Below, in pieces: positions 63,486 through 64,000 of a stretch of 64,000 nt of DNA. The translations under genes and the position numbers were made by a program. The notes under the pieces were generated by a model, which saw only the letters and a list, made by a program, of their open reading frames with translations, was not told the DNA's origin and did not search any database. Position 1 is the stretch's first letter, and every line of letters begins with the position of its first letter. The stretch is taken from contig JABLTG010000037.1 of the NCBI GenBank assembly GCA_016618085.1, positions 1-64,000 on the forward strand. Direction: 5' to 3'. This stretch comes from Neovahlkampfia damariscottae. Lineage: Eukaryota.

Positions 63486-64000
63486 ATGAAACAACAAATA
63501 TTTGAGTTAACAAGTGAAGATAAAGTTACTATTTTATTTTATAAGAATATTAAGAATATAGACGAAATAAAGAAATTAAAATTCAATGCATCATTTATCA
63601 ATACTTCAATGATAGTATCCATCTTTCAAGTTTTAGTATCAACTTATAAATCATTAAATACAAATAAAACAAATGATTTTTATTCTGAAATTATTTATAA
63701 TTTAGGTATATCTAAGAATGTAATTGAATATATTATTTTTTATATTTTTTTTAAGATTTCAACTAATTTAAATGCATTTGGAATTGAAAGTGATCCAAAT
63801 AATATTCTAATTGTAATGTTAAATGTAAAAGAAGAAGAATTAAAAAATATAAAAAATATAATTAAAAATGATGAAGAAAAAGAAGAAAATAATTTATCTA
63901 TTGATGAAGAAATTAAAAATGAAATGAATATTGAAAAAATAAAAAAATTATATAAACTATCAAATTTAAAATCAAATAATGTTATTGAAATTGAAAAATT
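63486..64000 (+). CDS. TPRKB: KEOPS subunit Cgi121/TPRKB (3' end outside window; not in ORF track)
   Basis: SMIVSIFQVLVS..SEIIYNLGISKN|ISTNLNAFGIESD..NILIVML; one intron. Confidence 0.82.
   Translation, partial: MKQQIFELTSEDKVTILFYKNIKNIDEIKKLKFNASFINTSMIVSIFQVLVSTYKSLNTNKTNDFYSEIIYNLGISKNVIEYIIFYIFFKISTNLNAFGIESDPNNILIVMLNVKEEELKNIKNIIKNDEEKEENNLSIDEEIKNEMNIEKIKKLYKLSNLKSNNVIEIEK

Overview
This is eukaryotic DNA from a very AT-rich, extremely compact protist genome. The texture is heterolobosean/amoeba-like, but the organism cannot be fixed from sequence alone. The standard genetic code is used. About 40 protein genes are packed with spacers of mostly 0-70 nt and are split by tiny GT-AG introns, nearly all 28-45 nt, so the ORF track fragments most of them; I rebuilt them by manual splicing. 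Recognisable genes include a subtilisin, Siw14-type phosphatase, WIPI/Atg18, JKAMP, cytochrome P450, NUFIP1, VPS34, SPC25, Yos1, TrmO, TMEM256, BUB3, UPB1, Tra2, APC11, CK2alpha, neugrin, RPB7, RCE1, a homeobox gene, RFT1, TGS1, uL22 and CGI121. There is also a giant (~4,600 aa) RCC1 + CxxC-repeat membrane protein and a ~1.6 kb non-autonomous TIR element. The most striking signal is in splicing. The only three long intronic gaps I found (64-74 nt) each resolve into two unit-length introns placed back to back. One pair brackets an obligatory single-nucleotide exon in the TGS1 PPWGGP motif. The other two meet at AG|GT zero-nucleotide (recursive-type) junctions. Together with 9-14 nt microexons, this suggests a length-ruled spliceosome. 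Other notable signals are CCAAT micro-promoters at nearly every ATG, stop codons fused to AATAAA, antiparallel CDS overlaps, a structured ~235-nt non-coding segment, an APC11 lacking its third zinc site, and a UPB1 with a signal peptide. Family calls come from remembered motifs, not database searches.
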